DNA of 64,000 nt from Candidatus Bathyarchaeia archaeon. GTDB taxonomy: Archaea > Thermoproteota > Bathyarchaeia > Bathyarchaeales > Bathycorpusculaceae. Below, one piece after another: positions 8,036 through 18,123 of the stretch. Every line of letters starts with the position of its first letter. Position 1 is the first letter of the stretch. A program made the translations under genes and the position numbers. The stretch covers positions 480,001 through 544,000 of the forward strand of contig JBEKOM010000001.1 of the NCBI GenBank assembly GCA_049521795.1. The letters run 5' to 3'. The notes beneath the pieces are model-generated. The model was not told the DNA's origin. It saw nothing but the letters and a program-made list of their open reading frames with translations, and searched no databases.

Positions 8036-9361
8036 TTGGGGAAAGCGAAGAACGCTCGGGAAAGTTGGCAGAGTGCGGCCCAAACTCCGGATCTACAGAG
8101 TGGATCAGAGAGAACAAAGCACGGCGCCTGGGTCAATGCTGTTCTTCCCTTTAACGTCGCCTTAGGGCCTGTTGGAACTCTAATTCAGCTTCTCATACTC
8201 AACCTGCACGGAACGGTAATTGATGTTGGCTTAGCTGTCACTCTTTTCAACGCGGTCAGTGTGCCCTCCGCAGTAGTGTGGGGTTTTGTCACAGATCGCT
8301 TCCATAGGAGAAAGACGATAATCGTCGTAAGCTACTTGGTGACAGCTGGGGTTCTGGTTTCGTTTCTTTTTGCAACCACAGGATACGTTGTTTCATTGCT
8401 GTACGCGTTGTTTTCGTTTGTATCGTCCGCTTCAACGACGCCGCTGAATCTTCTCATCATGGAGACGGAGAGCAAGCAGAAGTGGGCGACCGCCTTCGCC
8501 AGGTTCTCCATGATCACGAGCATCGGCAACACTGTGGGGTTGATGCTGAGCGTGGCTTTGGGATTTTTCTTTTCTTTGAATTACCTCGTGCTTCTTTTGG
8601 CTATTCTCACCGTAGTATCTGCGGTTCTTGCTGTGTTGATGATACAGGAGCCCAGCGTGATCTTCGAGCGAAACGTCATCGTGTTGAACAAACCGAGCTT
8701 CTTCCAGCGGCTTCAAGCTGTCCCTTTATTCTTCCTCAGGGTTCCCCGTTTGAGCGATTTCAGAAGAGTTTTCAGGAACCTAAGGTACGAACTTACTCGA
8801 CAGATGCCTATTCTCTACTTCTCAATCTTCATGTTCTACTTCGCGTCGGGACTCTTCAACACTTCAATTGTTGCCTCTCTGCAGGCGAATAGCCTTTCCA
8901 GCTTCCTGATTTTCCTCGTCATGACTATAATGATGCTGGCCCAGATAGTGGCGTTCAAGTATTCGGGACCTTACACTGAAAAGAGGTCGCTGGTGAAAAC
9001 ATCTGTGGAAGGGCTCGTGCTCAGGTCCGCATGTTATGGGGTTCTGGGAGTGTCATTGTACATGATTTCTGGACTGTGGTTTTTGATTCCTGTCTTGATT
9101 TTCTATCCACTCGGGGCAGGTGTTGCCTTCTCGCTGTATTACACTGCGTCCAACACGATGGTGTTCAACACGCTTAGCGGGGCGAGGCAGGGTCAATCCT
9201 TAGGAGTGTACAGTGCACTTGTGGGAATCGCCAGTCTTGTGGGTTCGGCGGTTTCAGGGTTTACGTCTTTTTTCCTCGGCTTCTCCACGACATTCATCCT
9301 AGCTGCTGCGTTCATGGGATCATCCGCATGGCTTGCCTCATTACTGGAGCATTCTAAATAG
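8036..9361 (+). CDS. MFS transporter
   Basis: About 12 TM helices; motif A WGFVTDRFHRRK. Confidence 0.9.
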   Translation: MGKAKNARESWQSAAQTPDLQSGSERTKHGAWVNAVLPFNVALGPVGTLIQLLILNLHGTVIDVGLAVTLFNAVSVPSAVVWGFVTDRFHRRKTIIVVSYLVTAGVLVSFLFATTGYVVSLLYALFSFVSSASTTPLNLLIMETESKQKWATAFARFSMITSIGNTVGLMLSVALGFFFSLNYLVLLLAILTVVSAVLAVLMIQEPSVIFERNVIVLNKPSFFQRLQAVPLFFLRVPRLSDFRRVFRNLRYELTRQMPILYFSIFMFYFASGLFNTSIVASLQANSLSSFLIFLVMTIMMLAQIVAFKYSGPYTEKRSLVKTSVEGLVLRSACYGVLGVSLYMISGLWFLIPVLIFYPLGAGVAFSLYYTASNTMVFNTLSGARQGQSLGVYSALVGIASLVGSAVSGFTSFFLGFSTTFILAAAFMGSSAWLASLLEHSK

Positions 9362-9519
9362 CGCGAGCAGAGACAGACAAAGAGAAACAAAAACTCAAAT
9401 TCTAACTACTCTTACCGTTCAGACCACATAAAGACTAAATTCTGCCAGCAGTTCATTCGCGCGCGCTAATTGTAAATTGGAAATCGATTGAAAATGAGCT
9501 TTTTCATCCACCGTAGATT

Positions 9520-9876
9520 CTATTCTTCTGCTTCGTTCTTTTTCATCCGGGCTTTCACAAGCTTCTTTATGAGTGGAACGGGAATTTTTCTGTCCAACTG
9601 AAGGTGGACGGCTGATTTGGTGGTCTCGTAACCCGCTAGAACATTCTTGTGTTCCTCGATAACAGGAGGACGTATGTAGAGTCCAATGTGCGCCTTCTGA
9701 AGACCAAACCAAGCCAGCCGCCCTTTATAATCATAGTAAGGCATTCTGTAACTGATACTTTCGTGGGCAGACGGAGCTGCTTCCCGGATTGCTGCCCGAA
9801 CCTCTCTCAGTTTATCCTGCACTTCTTCGGGAGCTGCCGATATGTACTCATCTACATTCTTCGCCGCTTTATCCAT
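9520..9876 (-). CDS. DUF1801 (YdhG-like) protein
   Basis: VDEYISAAPEEVQDKL..VRAAIREAAP.A.ESISYRMPYY...IPVPLIKKLVK. Confidence 0.85.
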   Translation of the reverse strand: MDKAAKNVDEYISAAPEEVQDKLREVRAAIREAAPSAHESISYRMPYYDYKGRLAWFGLQKAHIGLYIRPPVIEEHKNVLAGYETTKSAVHLQLDRKIPVPLIKKLVKARMKKNEAEE

Positions 9877-10144
9877 GGTTGAATTACAGGCTTGAAATTA
9901 TTTTAAACCTTTTGAAAAGAAAAGCTAGTCGCGGAGACAATACAAAAGACTCCACAGAATTGATTAGCAGAAAGGAAAAAATAACCACTTCACATGAGCC
10001 CGCTAAATGACAAACAAGTTCTCTTTGACGCGAGAGCACGCAGTTTGGAACTAGTTTTTCCTATGCCTGATGAGTCGACACAGAAAGATTCATACGGGAT
10101 CAGAATCTATAGGTCATGCAAGATTTGTGAGGATGGATGTTTGA

Positions 10145-10507
10145 ATGCCGATTTCGGACACGCGTAAGTGGAAGGTCAACAAGCCTGCCGAGGAAGTACG
10201 GAAGACAGTTGTGAATACTCTGGCCAGTAAGAAGGCGACGCTCTTGGAAGCTAGCACGACAAGGATTGAAGCCAAGATTGGATCAGAAGCGAAAACACGG
10301 TTTCTCGGAGGTATCTTTGTGTCCAAAGAGACGCTTCCTGTGAAGATGACAATGCAGATTAATGAGACAGGGGGAGAATCGGAAATAAACGCGACGATCA
10401 TGGACAATCTAGGGGTCGGACTCAGGACAGGCATGGAGGGCAAGTACAAGGAGTACATACAAAGTCTGTTCAACGAACTAGCCAACGCATTGCAAGTCAA
10501 GAGCTAG
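10145..10507 (+). CDS. Hypothetical protein
   Basis: 120-aa ATG ORF with natural composition. Confidence 0.6.
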   Translation: MPISDTRKWKVNKPAEEVRKTVVNTLASKKATLLEASTTRIEAKIGSEAKTRFLGGIFVSKETLPVKMTMQINETGGESEINATIMDNLGVGLRTGMEGKYKEYIQSLFNELANALQVKS

Positions 10508-10833
10508 CTGACCCCAATTATTTGGATAAGCTCATCATCGTGTGAGTACGCCTCTTTAGAATCTGCCGGAAGTCATTTGAAGATCTTGAACCCGTCTGTG
10601 TAGGCGTTCTCGTGTCCGCTGGCTTGCTGGAAGTGCCAGACGCGCTTTGAGCATGGCGATTTTCATGTTTACCCAGATGATTTGCAAAATCAGACAATGA
10701 AAAACGAAGTTAGATTAGCGACAAACATTCAACGATTTTGCCTTGGCGCGCGCGAACCAGAAGACAACCTTTCACGTAGTTTCAAAGCAGTAAATCCTAA
10801 TTCTTAAATATCGCTTGAACCTCTAATGAAATT

Positions 10834-11220
10834 ATGGTTAGGAGAAAGCGTGTTCCTTCAGTTAGTAACACTATTTTTGGAACGCCTAAGATAAGAACGG
10901 TAAAGAATCCTCTCAAGGTCGGTTTTCCCAGTCTTTACCCAAGTCAACCTAGAAAGGATTCGAGAAGGTCTTTTTCTTCAACTCAAAGAAAACAGATTCT
11001 ATATCAGCAAGACAATAAGTGTGCAAGGTGCCATAAGAAACTTGACCCTAGAGCGACACATTTTCATCATGCTAAGCCGTGGTCTTCTGGTGGAAGAACA
11101 AAAGTCGAAAACGGAAGAGGATTATGTGCAAGTTGCCATGAAATTCTATCGCATGGAGAACGATTGAAGAAAGTGGATAAGAAAAGAAAGAAAAGAGAGC
11201 CTTCATTGAGTCTATTTTAG
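10834..11220 (+). CDS. HNH endonuclease
   Basis: CARC...HFHH.KPWSSGG.T..ENGRGLCASCH. Confidence 0.9.
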   Translation: MVRRKRVPSVSNTIFGTPKIRTVKNPLKVGFPSLYPSQPRKDSRRSFSSTQRKQILYQQDNKCARCHKKLDPRATHFHHAKPWSSGGRTKVENGRGLCASCHEILSHGERLKKVDKKRKKREPSLSLF

Positions 11221-11478
11221 TGTTGAAGCATGCCTCAGAATGAACGTTTTTGTTGGTTCATATTTGGATCCAAATATCCATGGTACGTTGAAACCTAGGA
11301 GGGGTAGATCCCTCCCGTCAGGAAGAGAAAGTGCGACTATGGGTTTGCGCTTGGAAGCCGGGGATGGTAGTTGGACCCTAGGGCGCGGGCTAGGGGCCAT
11401 CTGGCACGTTGTGTTCAGGATTCGGACAGCAAATAAGAAATAAAAACAGGAGGATATATAGAACGTGGGGCAACGGGT

Positions 11479-13026
11479 TTGACGGATATCGTTTTGGTTT
11501 TCGAGGTTCATCAGCCTCACAGGATAAAGAAGAGCTTCTACTGGGACAACAAGGTCTTCAAACGCGTGAAGAAGGAAGAACTCTTCGAGTACTACTTCGA
11601 CACGGCAGTGAACAAGGAGATCTTTGACAGGGCCAGCAAGAAGTGTTACTTCCCGTCCAACAACATTCTGCTTGAACTGGTCGACAGGTACAGGAACGAG
11701 AGAAAAAAGGTTAAAGTGTCCTTCAGCGTTTCCGGAGTCTTCTTGGAACAGTGCGAGATGTTCAACAAGGACCTGCTTGAATCGTTCAAACAGCTTGCAC
11801 AAACGGGGCAGGTTGAATTTCTGAGCCAGACCTATTATCATTCGCTTGCTAGCTTGTACCCGGAGAGAGAAGAGTTCATCGAACAGGTGAAGATGCACCA
11901 GCAGATAATGCGAGACCTGCTTGACTACACTCCGCTGGTCTTCGAGAACACAGAACTGCTCTACAACAACGCCGTGGCTCGCACTGTGGAAAAGCTGGGG
12001 TACAAGGGAATCTTCACCGAGGGCGTCGAGAGGATACTGCAGGGAAAGTCGCCGAACTACCTCTACTCGCCGAAGGACAGCAAGAAGATCAAGGTCTTCC
12101 TGCGCAATTACAAGCTGACAGACGACATCGGGTTCAGGTTTTCAGCAAGATGGTGGAACGAGTGGCCGCTGACCGCGGACAAGTACGCGAGTTGGCTGGC
12201 AGGCACACCGGGAAACTGCATCAGCATCTTTCCAGACTACGAAACCTTCGGAGAGCACCACTGGCCAGAAACAGGCATCCACGATTTCCTCAGGCACCTG
12301 CCAACCGAGATTTTGAAGTGGTGGAACCTCCACATGTCCACGCCGTCAGAAGTGGTAGAAAAGTACGCCTCTGCAGGGGAGATCGACGTCCCAGAACTCG
12401 GAGGAACCGTTTCCTGGGCAGACTTAGAGAGGGACGCAAGCTGCTGGCTCGGCAACGCTATGCAGTGGGCCTACTACACGAGCTTAAGACGGTTAGAACC
12501 GCTTGTCAAAGAGGCAGAGGACAAAGATTTCTTAAAGACCTGGAGGTACTTCCAGACAAGCGACCACCTTTACTACATGTTCACAGCTGGCGGAGGCCCA
12601 GGTGAAGTTCACTCCTACTTCAGCCCTTTTGGCACGCCGGCAGACGCCTTCGTCACCATGCAGGCTGCGATACTGGATTTTGAAAACAGAGTAAGACTTG
12701 CAACCGTTGTGGCAGATGAGCCGTTCCTCTTCTACACTGGAACGGGCGAAAGATACTATACAGGAACAATGGCTTGGAGTTTAAGGGGGTTTACGCGAGC
12801 CGTTCAGAAGGTCAGCATGAAGTCGGTTGAATTTCACAGCAAACGCGGGGACTTTGCAAGTTGGGCTGAAAAATCGCTCCAGGATCAAGTGCTGGTAAAG
12901 GAATTCAACGAGATAAAGCTTGCCGAAACGGAGGGGGAACAGCTTAGAAACGGAATAGTCAAGGCTTCGAAAAAGAGGCTGAACGATTTGAGGGCTGAAA
13001 TACAGTCAGATACAAGATACTTCTGA
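11479..13026 (+). CDS. GH57 alpha-amylase with a C-terminal DUF5752-like domain
   Basis: FEVHQP, QTYYHSL, FENTEL, DYETFGEHHW, QTSDHLYYM; C-terminal PFLFYTG...SVEFH..RGDFASW. Confidence 0.9.
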   Translation: MTDIVLVFEVHQPHRIKKSFYWDNKVFKRVKKEELFEYYFDTAVNKEIFDRASKKCYFPSNNILLELVDRYRNERKKVKVSFSVSGVFLEQCEMFNKDLLESFKQLAQTGQVEFLSQTYYHSLASLYPEREEFIEQVKMHQQIMRDLLDYTPLVFENTELLYNNAVARTVEKLGYKGIFTEGVERILQGKSPNYLYSPKDSKKIKVFLRNYKLTDDIGFRFSARWWNEWPLTADKYASWLAGTPGNCISIFPDYETFGEHHWPETGIHDFLRHLPTEILKWWNLHMSTPSEVVEKYASAGEIDVPELGGTVSWADLERDASCWLGNAMQWAYYTSLRRLEPLVKEAEDKDFLKTWRYFQTSDHLYYMFTAGGGPGEVHSYFSPFGTPADAFVTMQAAILDFENRVRLATVVADEPFLFYTGTGERYYTGTMAWSLRGFTRAVQKVSMKSVEFHSKRGDFASWAEKSLQDQVLVKEFNEIKLAETEGEQLRNGIVKASKKRLNDLRAEIQSDTRYF

Positions 13027-13100
13027 CTTGCGCGCACGGTTGGGTTTATAAGAAAAACTCGTGAAGAATACAGGGTCGTAGCTTAACACAAGGTGGAAAC

Positions 13101-13352
13101 ATGCGAGAAGAGCTTCCGCTTTCGGAAAAGATTCTGCAAACGCTGCACAACCTGTGCGCGACCGCGCCCGACTTGGCCAGAAGAAGTGAGGAGCTGGCCC
13201 TGGTCTTGAACATCGACATCAACGAGCTGGAGAGAATTCTGGACGGTTACAAGTCTGAAGGTTTTGCGCAGAGCTTCACGGACAATGAGGGAAAGAAGCG
13301 GTACTACTTGACTGGAAGCGGAATAATCAAAGTGTGCGCGCTTTTCACGTAG
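13101..13352 (+). CDS. Small winged-helix protein
   Basis: SEELALVLNI...LERIL...G...KRYYLT..G. Confidence 0.7.
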   Translation: MREELPLSEKILQTLHNLCATAPDLARRSEELALVLNIDINELERILDGYKSEGFAQSFTDNEGKKRYYLTGSGIIKVCALFT

Positions 13353-13362
13353 GGAAAGGCTG

Positions 13363-13986
13363 ATGCGCGAAATAATTTTCTCATGGGAATACCCCCCTAG
13401 AATCGTTGGTCAGCTAGCTGCCTACGTGAAATCGCTTGCCGTGCAACTCGTTTCGAGTCACACGGAACCCTATGTTGTCACTTATGACGATTACTTGACA
13501 GGCGAGTATGATGAACCTGAAGGCGTGAAGACTTTCAGAGTGACGAACCCGGTTCGCACGCACATAGGTGTCCTCACGTGGGTTTTAACCTTGAACCAAG
13601 AGGTTGAAAGAGTGGCCGCCAACATTTACTACGAAAAGAGTAAGCAGGTGGACCTCATAGACGTCCATGACTGGCACTTCATACCTGCCGCGGTCACGTT
13701 GAAGAAAGCGCTGAACATCCCTTTTGTGTATTCGGTTGAAAGCCTAGAGGACCATCGTTCTCACGGTTCCAATTCACCCTTCAACATGGCCATTAAGAGC
13801 ATCGAATGGCTCGGCATGTACGAAGCCTCTAGGCTGGTTGTGAAGTCTGAATGGATGCGAAACGAAGCCTTCAGGCTTTACAGAGTGCCCAATGAAAAGA
13901 TGAACGTGATTCCACCGGAGTCCCCAGCTTGGATGAAGGGCATCCTGGCAGTTTACAAGAACACCGCGGAGGCTGGAGCATCTTGA
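13363..13986 (+). CDS. Glycosyltransferase family 4, N-terminal domain only
   Basis: SWEYPPRIVGQL, VHDWH; colinear with the N-half of the next gene but lacks the C-terminal Rossmann domain. Confidence 0.8.
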   Translation: MREIIFSWEYPPRIVGQLAAYVKSLAVQLVSSHTEPYVVTYDDYLTGEYDEPEGVKTFRVTNPVRTHIGVLTWVLTLNQEVERVAANIYYEKSKQVDLIDVHDWHFIPAAVTLKKALNIPFVYSVESLEDHRSHGSNSPFNMAIKSIEWLGMYEASRLVVKSEWMRNEAFRLYRVPNEKMNVIPPESPAWMKGILAVYKNTAEAGAS

Positions 13987-15203
13987 TGGACCGCGACTTA
14001 ACCGTTATGATGCTCACCTGGGAGTTCCCGCCGAGAATCATCGGGGGAATATCTCCGCACGTCTATTACCTTTCAAAAAGCTTGGCGAGAAACGGCGTCA
14101 AGGTCTACGTGGTTACGTGCGATTTTCCCGGCGCGCCACGGCACGAAGTGTTGGACGGTGTAGAAGTCTTTCGAATAGACTCGTACAAGAGCCCGTCACC
14201 CGACTTTGCAACGTGGGTCTACTTGATGAACATGAACATGCAGAAAGAAGCTGCGGCTCTCGCCAAGAGCTTAAAGTTCAAGGTGGACCTGTTTCACGCT
14301 CACGATTGGCTTGTTGCAACCGCAGGGATCGGCCTAAAACACGTGTTCAGACGGCCACTGTTTGCAACTATGCACTCGACTGAAATCGGGCGCAGAAACG
14401 GAATTCACTCGGACTACGAAAGGATGATTCATGAGACAGAAGCCTGGCTCACGTACGAAGCATGGAAGGTCATATGCTGCAGCGACTACATGGTCTCACA
14501 CGTGCGATGGGCCTTCGGGCTGCCCCCAGACAAGATGATGATGATTCCGAACGGCGTCAACACTGACATCTACGCTGCAGTTAAGAAAAACGAGCTAAGC
14601 CAGTTCAGAAGCAGATTCGCTTTGCCCGAAGAAAAAATCGTACTCTTCGTCGGCAGACTAGTCCACGAAAAAGGAGTCCACGTGCTCGTCAACGCAGCTC
14701 CGAAGGTGCTGGAAAAAGTCAACGCGAAAATCATAATCGTCGGCAACGGGTACATGAAAGAGCAGCTTTCGGGAATAGTGAAGGGTATGGGAATAGCCCA
14801 CAAAGTCATGTTCACAGGGTTCGTTGACGATGAAACGCTTCGAGCGCTGCAAACGTGCGCGGACGTTTCCGTTGTGCCGTCTCTTTTTGAACCCTTCGGA
14901 ATAGTTGCGCTCGAGGCCATGGCTGCAAAAAGCCCCGTTGTGGTCTCCGACACAGGCGGCTTAGCAGAAATAGTTAACCACGACGTGGACGGCGTCAAGG
15001 TCTATCCAGGCAACCCTGATTCGCTGGCCTGGGGAATAACCAAAGTTTTGACAGACGAAGCGTACGCGAATAGTCTGAGAAACAACGCGCACAAGAAGAT
15101 CCAGGAAAAGTACAACTGGGACAGAATAGCTCATCAGACCATGAGCGCCTACAAAGCCGTCTTAGGCGAGTATTCAAAGAGCTTCTGGGCTCAGACGAGT
15201 TGA
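13986..15203 (+). CDS. GT4 glycosyltransferase (glycogen synthase-like)
   Basis: TWEFPPRIIGG, HAHDW, FVGRL..EKG, PSLFEPFGIVALEAMA; start overlaps the previous stop (TGATG). Confidence 0.9.
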   Translation: MDRDLTVMMLTWEFPPRIIGGISPHVYYLSKSLARNGVKVYVVTCDFPGAPRHEVLDGVEVFRIDSYKSPSPDFATWVYLMNMNMQKEAAALAKSLKFKVDLFHAHDWLVATAGIGLKHVFRRPLFATMHSTEIGRRNGIHSDYERMIHETEAWLTYEAWKVICCSDYMVSHVRWAFGLPPDKMMMIPNGVNTDIYAAVKKNELSQFRSRFALPEEKIVLFVGRLVHEKGVHVLVNAAPKVLEKVNAKIIIVGNGYMKEQLSGIVKGMGIAHKVMFTGFVDDETLRALQTCADVSVVPSLFEPFGIVALEAMAAKSPVVVSDTGGLAEIVNHDVDGVKVYPGNPDSLAWGITKVLTDEAYANSLRNNAHKKIQEKYNWDRIAHQTMSAYKAVLGEYSKSFWAQTS

Positions 15204-15225
15204 CCAGGCATATTCTCAGCATAGG

Positions 15226-16182
15226 TCATGGAAACGTCGGTTTGATGGCCTTGTGTCCGCATGCGTCAGCACATTTCATGCAGTAGATGCATTCAGGATG
15301 GCTGAACTTCTCCCATGGCAGCTCCAGTATCGGTACGCGCGTTGGGCACACTTGGACGCATTCTCCGCAACCGCCTTTCTCGCACTTGAATGGTTCTCGT
15401 CGAAGGCCGATGAAGCTGAACCTGTTCATTATGGCCAAGAAGGCTCCATGCGGGCAGAAGTACCTGCACCAGCTTCTTGGAACGTAGACGGCGAAGATGA
15501 GAACGATGATCATGATTGCGGCTTGAACCCAGAAGAGCGGAGGCAGGATCGAAAGTGTGGACAGAACGTCTGAGCCCAGGTTCGGAAGACCTGAAGAATG
15601 AAAACTCTGGATCGCTCTCGGCACGGTTGAAAACAGCGTGTCTGAAGGGCTCACGGCGGTGAACGGAGCCTGCCCGAAGACGCCGAACGCATATTGGTAA
15701 GAACCCATACCGTTCAAGGCTAACGCGTAAAGAACCGCAGGAATAAGCAGCGCAAGTGCCAGAATGACGTACTTCGCGTAAACCAGGCTCTCGTGCGTTC
15801 TGGCTGACAGGTCAGTCTGCTTGCGACGAATGAAACCCGCCAAGTCTTGAACGAAACCGAAGGGACAAACCCAGCCGCACAGCGCCCTTCCAATCAACAC
15901 ACCGACTATCAGAAACGAGGCCAAAGCGAGCCATGGAAAAACGGCGAACGCAACGTTCCATCCGCTTACCATAAGCTGTATAGTCGTGAAAGCGTCGCCG
16001 ACAGTGGTTCCTCTGAGCCCCCCCGTCCACAAAACTGGAAGCAAAAGCGGAAGCACGCCTAGGTTGAAGATTATCGTGCTAAAGAACAGAAACGAAAACA
16101 GCTGAATTACTCGGCGAGGCGTGTTGTACTCCAGTAGCTTTGCCTTGACTGCTTCGGTCTTCAATCGTCGCGCCTTCTCCAT
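15226..16182 (-). CDS. NapH/MauN-type membrane polyferredoxin
   Basis: GRALCGWVCPFG, KYVIL, RSWCRYFCP.G and two C-terminal 4Fe-4S motifs. Confidence 0.85.
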   Translation of the reverse strand: MEKARRLKTEAVKAKLLEYNTPRRVIQLFSFLFFSTIIFNLGVLPLLLPVLWTGGLRGTTVGDAFTTIQLMVSGWNVAFAVFPWLALASFLIVGVLIGRALCGWVCPFGFVQDLAGFIRRKQTDLSARTHESLVYAKYVILALALLIPAVLYALALNGMGSYQYAFGVFGQAPFTAVSPSDTLFSTVPRAIQSFHSSGLPNLGSDVLSTLSILPPLFWVQAAIMIIVLIFAVYVPRSWCRYFCPHGAFLAIMNRFSFIGLRREPFKCEKGGCGECVQVCPTRVPILELPWEKFSHPECIYCMKCADACGHKAIKPTFP

Positions 16183-16402
16183 GCTCTAGACAAGGTCCGA
16201 GTTATTTGTTTTCCGATGACTTTAAGGCTTTCTGCAAAATGACACTGTCAAGTCTTTTGACCCTATTCGAGCTGACCAAAAGATGGCCTTTAGCCCTAAG
16301 GCAACCAGCAGAATCTTAGGCAATTATGAAGAAGAAAGTTACGTTGGAAAGGACGGACGCAGCACTTGTTCAGAGAAGTGATGATGTGAAAAAGAAATGT
16401 GC

Positions 16403-16750
16403 CTATGCTTCTTTCAAAAGCTGCTTCATCTCACTGACGAAGCATGCTCCTTTCCTAGGTTTCTCCACATGTGACGTCTGGACCAGACCGTAAGTCGACC
16501 AGACGTCCTCAAGAATCTTTCTTTCGATGACGTAGGCCCCGGATTTCAAGAAGTCTTCCAGCCCTTCGGCGAAGAGCTCGAGCTTCTCGCTCACCTCATT
16601 GCGTTTGACCGAGTACCTGCGTTCTAGGTGCTTATAGATCAGATGTGTGGCCTCTCTGCCGAATATCTGAGTCAGGACTCTTTCGATGATTTTTGAGACC
16701 TTGTCGTCCTTCGCGTCGGTTTGCTGCGCTACGGTCTGCATTTGAGTCAC
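16403..16750 (-). CDS. DUF3227-like archaeal protein
   Basis: VLTQIFGREAT..IYKHLE...F.EGLE.FL.SGA.VIE..IL. Confidence 0.65.
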   Translation of the reverse strand: MTQMQTVAQQTDAKDDKVSKIIERVLTQIFGREATHLIYKHLERRYSVKRNEVSEKLELFAEGLEDFLKSGAYVIERKILEDVWSTYGLVQTSHVEKPRKGACFVSEMKQLLKEA

Positions 16751-16833
16751 TCGCCATATCTGGTCTCTTGCGACTAAATAAGCCTTCCCGTAGACTTGAA
16801 CGACAGATGTACAGAGAAAGCACGGACAGGAGG

Positions 16834-18123
16834 CTAAAAAGTGAAGTCTGTAAGGTTCAACTGTTGAACTCTTCTCGGAACAACCTGCTCCGTCTGAGGC
16901 TCGTTCGAGATTATCAGTTGCCCGTATACGCCGTCGTAGCCCGGCACAACCTTAGCCTTTCCTTCTCGAACCCTGACCACCGCATCGGCAACTTCCCCGC
17001 CGGCGACCGCGCTCAGTTCTTCCCTCGAAGCGCCTATGAGAACCGCGTACTCATCGCCGAACCGTTCAACCAGTGGGTTGTAGATGTTCCAAACCTTCTG
17101 CGCATAAGGTGAATCTGTTCCGAGTACTGTTGCGATGATTTCCGAGAGCGGAAGCAGGCGCATGAAACCAATCGCGCCGTCAGGTTGAAAACCCTCCGGC
17201 CGGTCAGCGAGCTCCTCGACTCTCTGCTCAACGCCCTTTGTGAGTTGTCTGCGGCAGACTGGACAAACGTTCGCAAACTTCATAGCTTCATGGGCCGAGA
17301 GCGCCACGCGGCAGTTTCTGTGTCCTGTCCAATGGTATTTTCCGTAGGCGGGGTCTGTTTCGATCGTAAACTTGAAGTGCCGCTTGTCCTTCAACCGAAT
17401 AGCTTCTGTCACTCCGCTGTAGCTCGGCCTTTCCAGATCAAAGACGTTGGCTTCTCTGCCGATCCGCCATGGCCAAAAGCTGTGGCAGTCACTGTTTGAG
17501 ACCAGCGTGAACTTGTCGAGCCTGCTTAGACGCCAGTTCATAGGCGGGTCCGATGAGAGGCCGGTTTCCAAAGCGTGAATATGCTTAGTCATGTCTTGAT
17601 AGCATTCTTCAACGGTGTCGAAGCCGCTGAAGGCTCCGAAGATGCTGAACCAAGGTGTCCAAGCGTGAGCGGGAAAGACCATGTTGTCACTTGAAACTTC
17701 CATTACTTCTTCAACCAAGGTTGCTGGGTCAACGTTCAACGTCGGTCTGCCATCTGTCTGCAGGTTTCCCCACTTTGACAGCCTATCGTTTACTTGGGCG
17801 GCGGTTTGCAAGCTCGGAGTTAGGATAACGTGGTGAACCTTTTTTGTCTCACTCTTGTACGTGAAGACCGTGCTGACCTCGGTTGTCATCATGAAACGAA
17901 TCGGTGACTCTGTGTTGTTTGCTAGTTTGTACAGGCTTGTTTCCGGCTCTGGAACGAGATTTTGACTCAGCTCTTCAAACCATTTTGGATGCGTGAAGTC
18001 TCCAGTGCCGACGATGTTCAAGCCTTTCACCATGGCAAAACGAGCTATCTCCTCGACGCACATCTTTTCGCTGGTCGCGCGACTGTAACGACTGTGAATG
18101 TGTAGGTCAGCTATCACCCTCAA
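16834..18123 (-). CDS. Endonuclease Q family (PHP domain, TIGR00375-like)
   Basis: ADLHIHSRYSRATS, GTGDFTHP, PAHAWTPW, ETGLSSD, NSDCHS, GKYH..GHR.C, CPVC, GYDGVYG; TTG start after GGTGA. Confidence 0.88.
   Translation of the reverse strand: MRVIADLHIHSRYSRATSEKMCVEEIARFAMVKGLNIVGTGDFTHPKWFEELSQNLVPEPETSLYKLANNTESPIRFMMTTEVSTVFTYKSETKKVHHVILTPSLQTAAQVNDRLSKWGNLQTDGRPTLNVDPATLVEEVMEVSSDNMVFPAHAWTPWFSIFGAFSGFDTVEECYQDMTKHIHALETGLSSDPPMNWRLSRLDKFTLVSNSDCHSFWPWRIGREANVFDLERPSYSGVTEAIRLKDKRHFKFTIETDPAYGKYHWTGHRNCRVALSAHEAMKFANVCPVCRRQLTKGVEQRVEELADRPEGFQPDGAIGFMRLLPLSEIIATVLGTDSPYAQKVWNIYNPLVERFGDEYAVLIGASREELSAVAGGEVADAVVRVREGKAKVVPGYDGVYGQLIISNEPQTEQVVPRRVQQLNLTDFTF

Noticed and set aside
10060-10113. 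Hammerhead-like CTGATGA...GAAA-GATTC...GAATC-TA
   Set aside because: Stem III fits, but stem II cannot form properly and stem I is out of register by 3 nt; probably chance. An Infernal search would settle it.
643-11220. Classical integron, provirus or IS interpretation of patch 1
   Set aside because: No integrase or transposase, no attC-type hairpins, mixed gene orientations, and no tRNA target or long terminal repeats.
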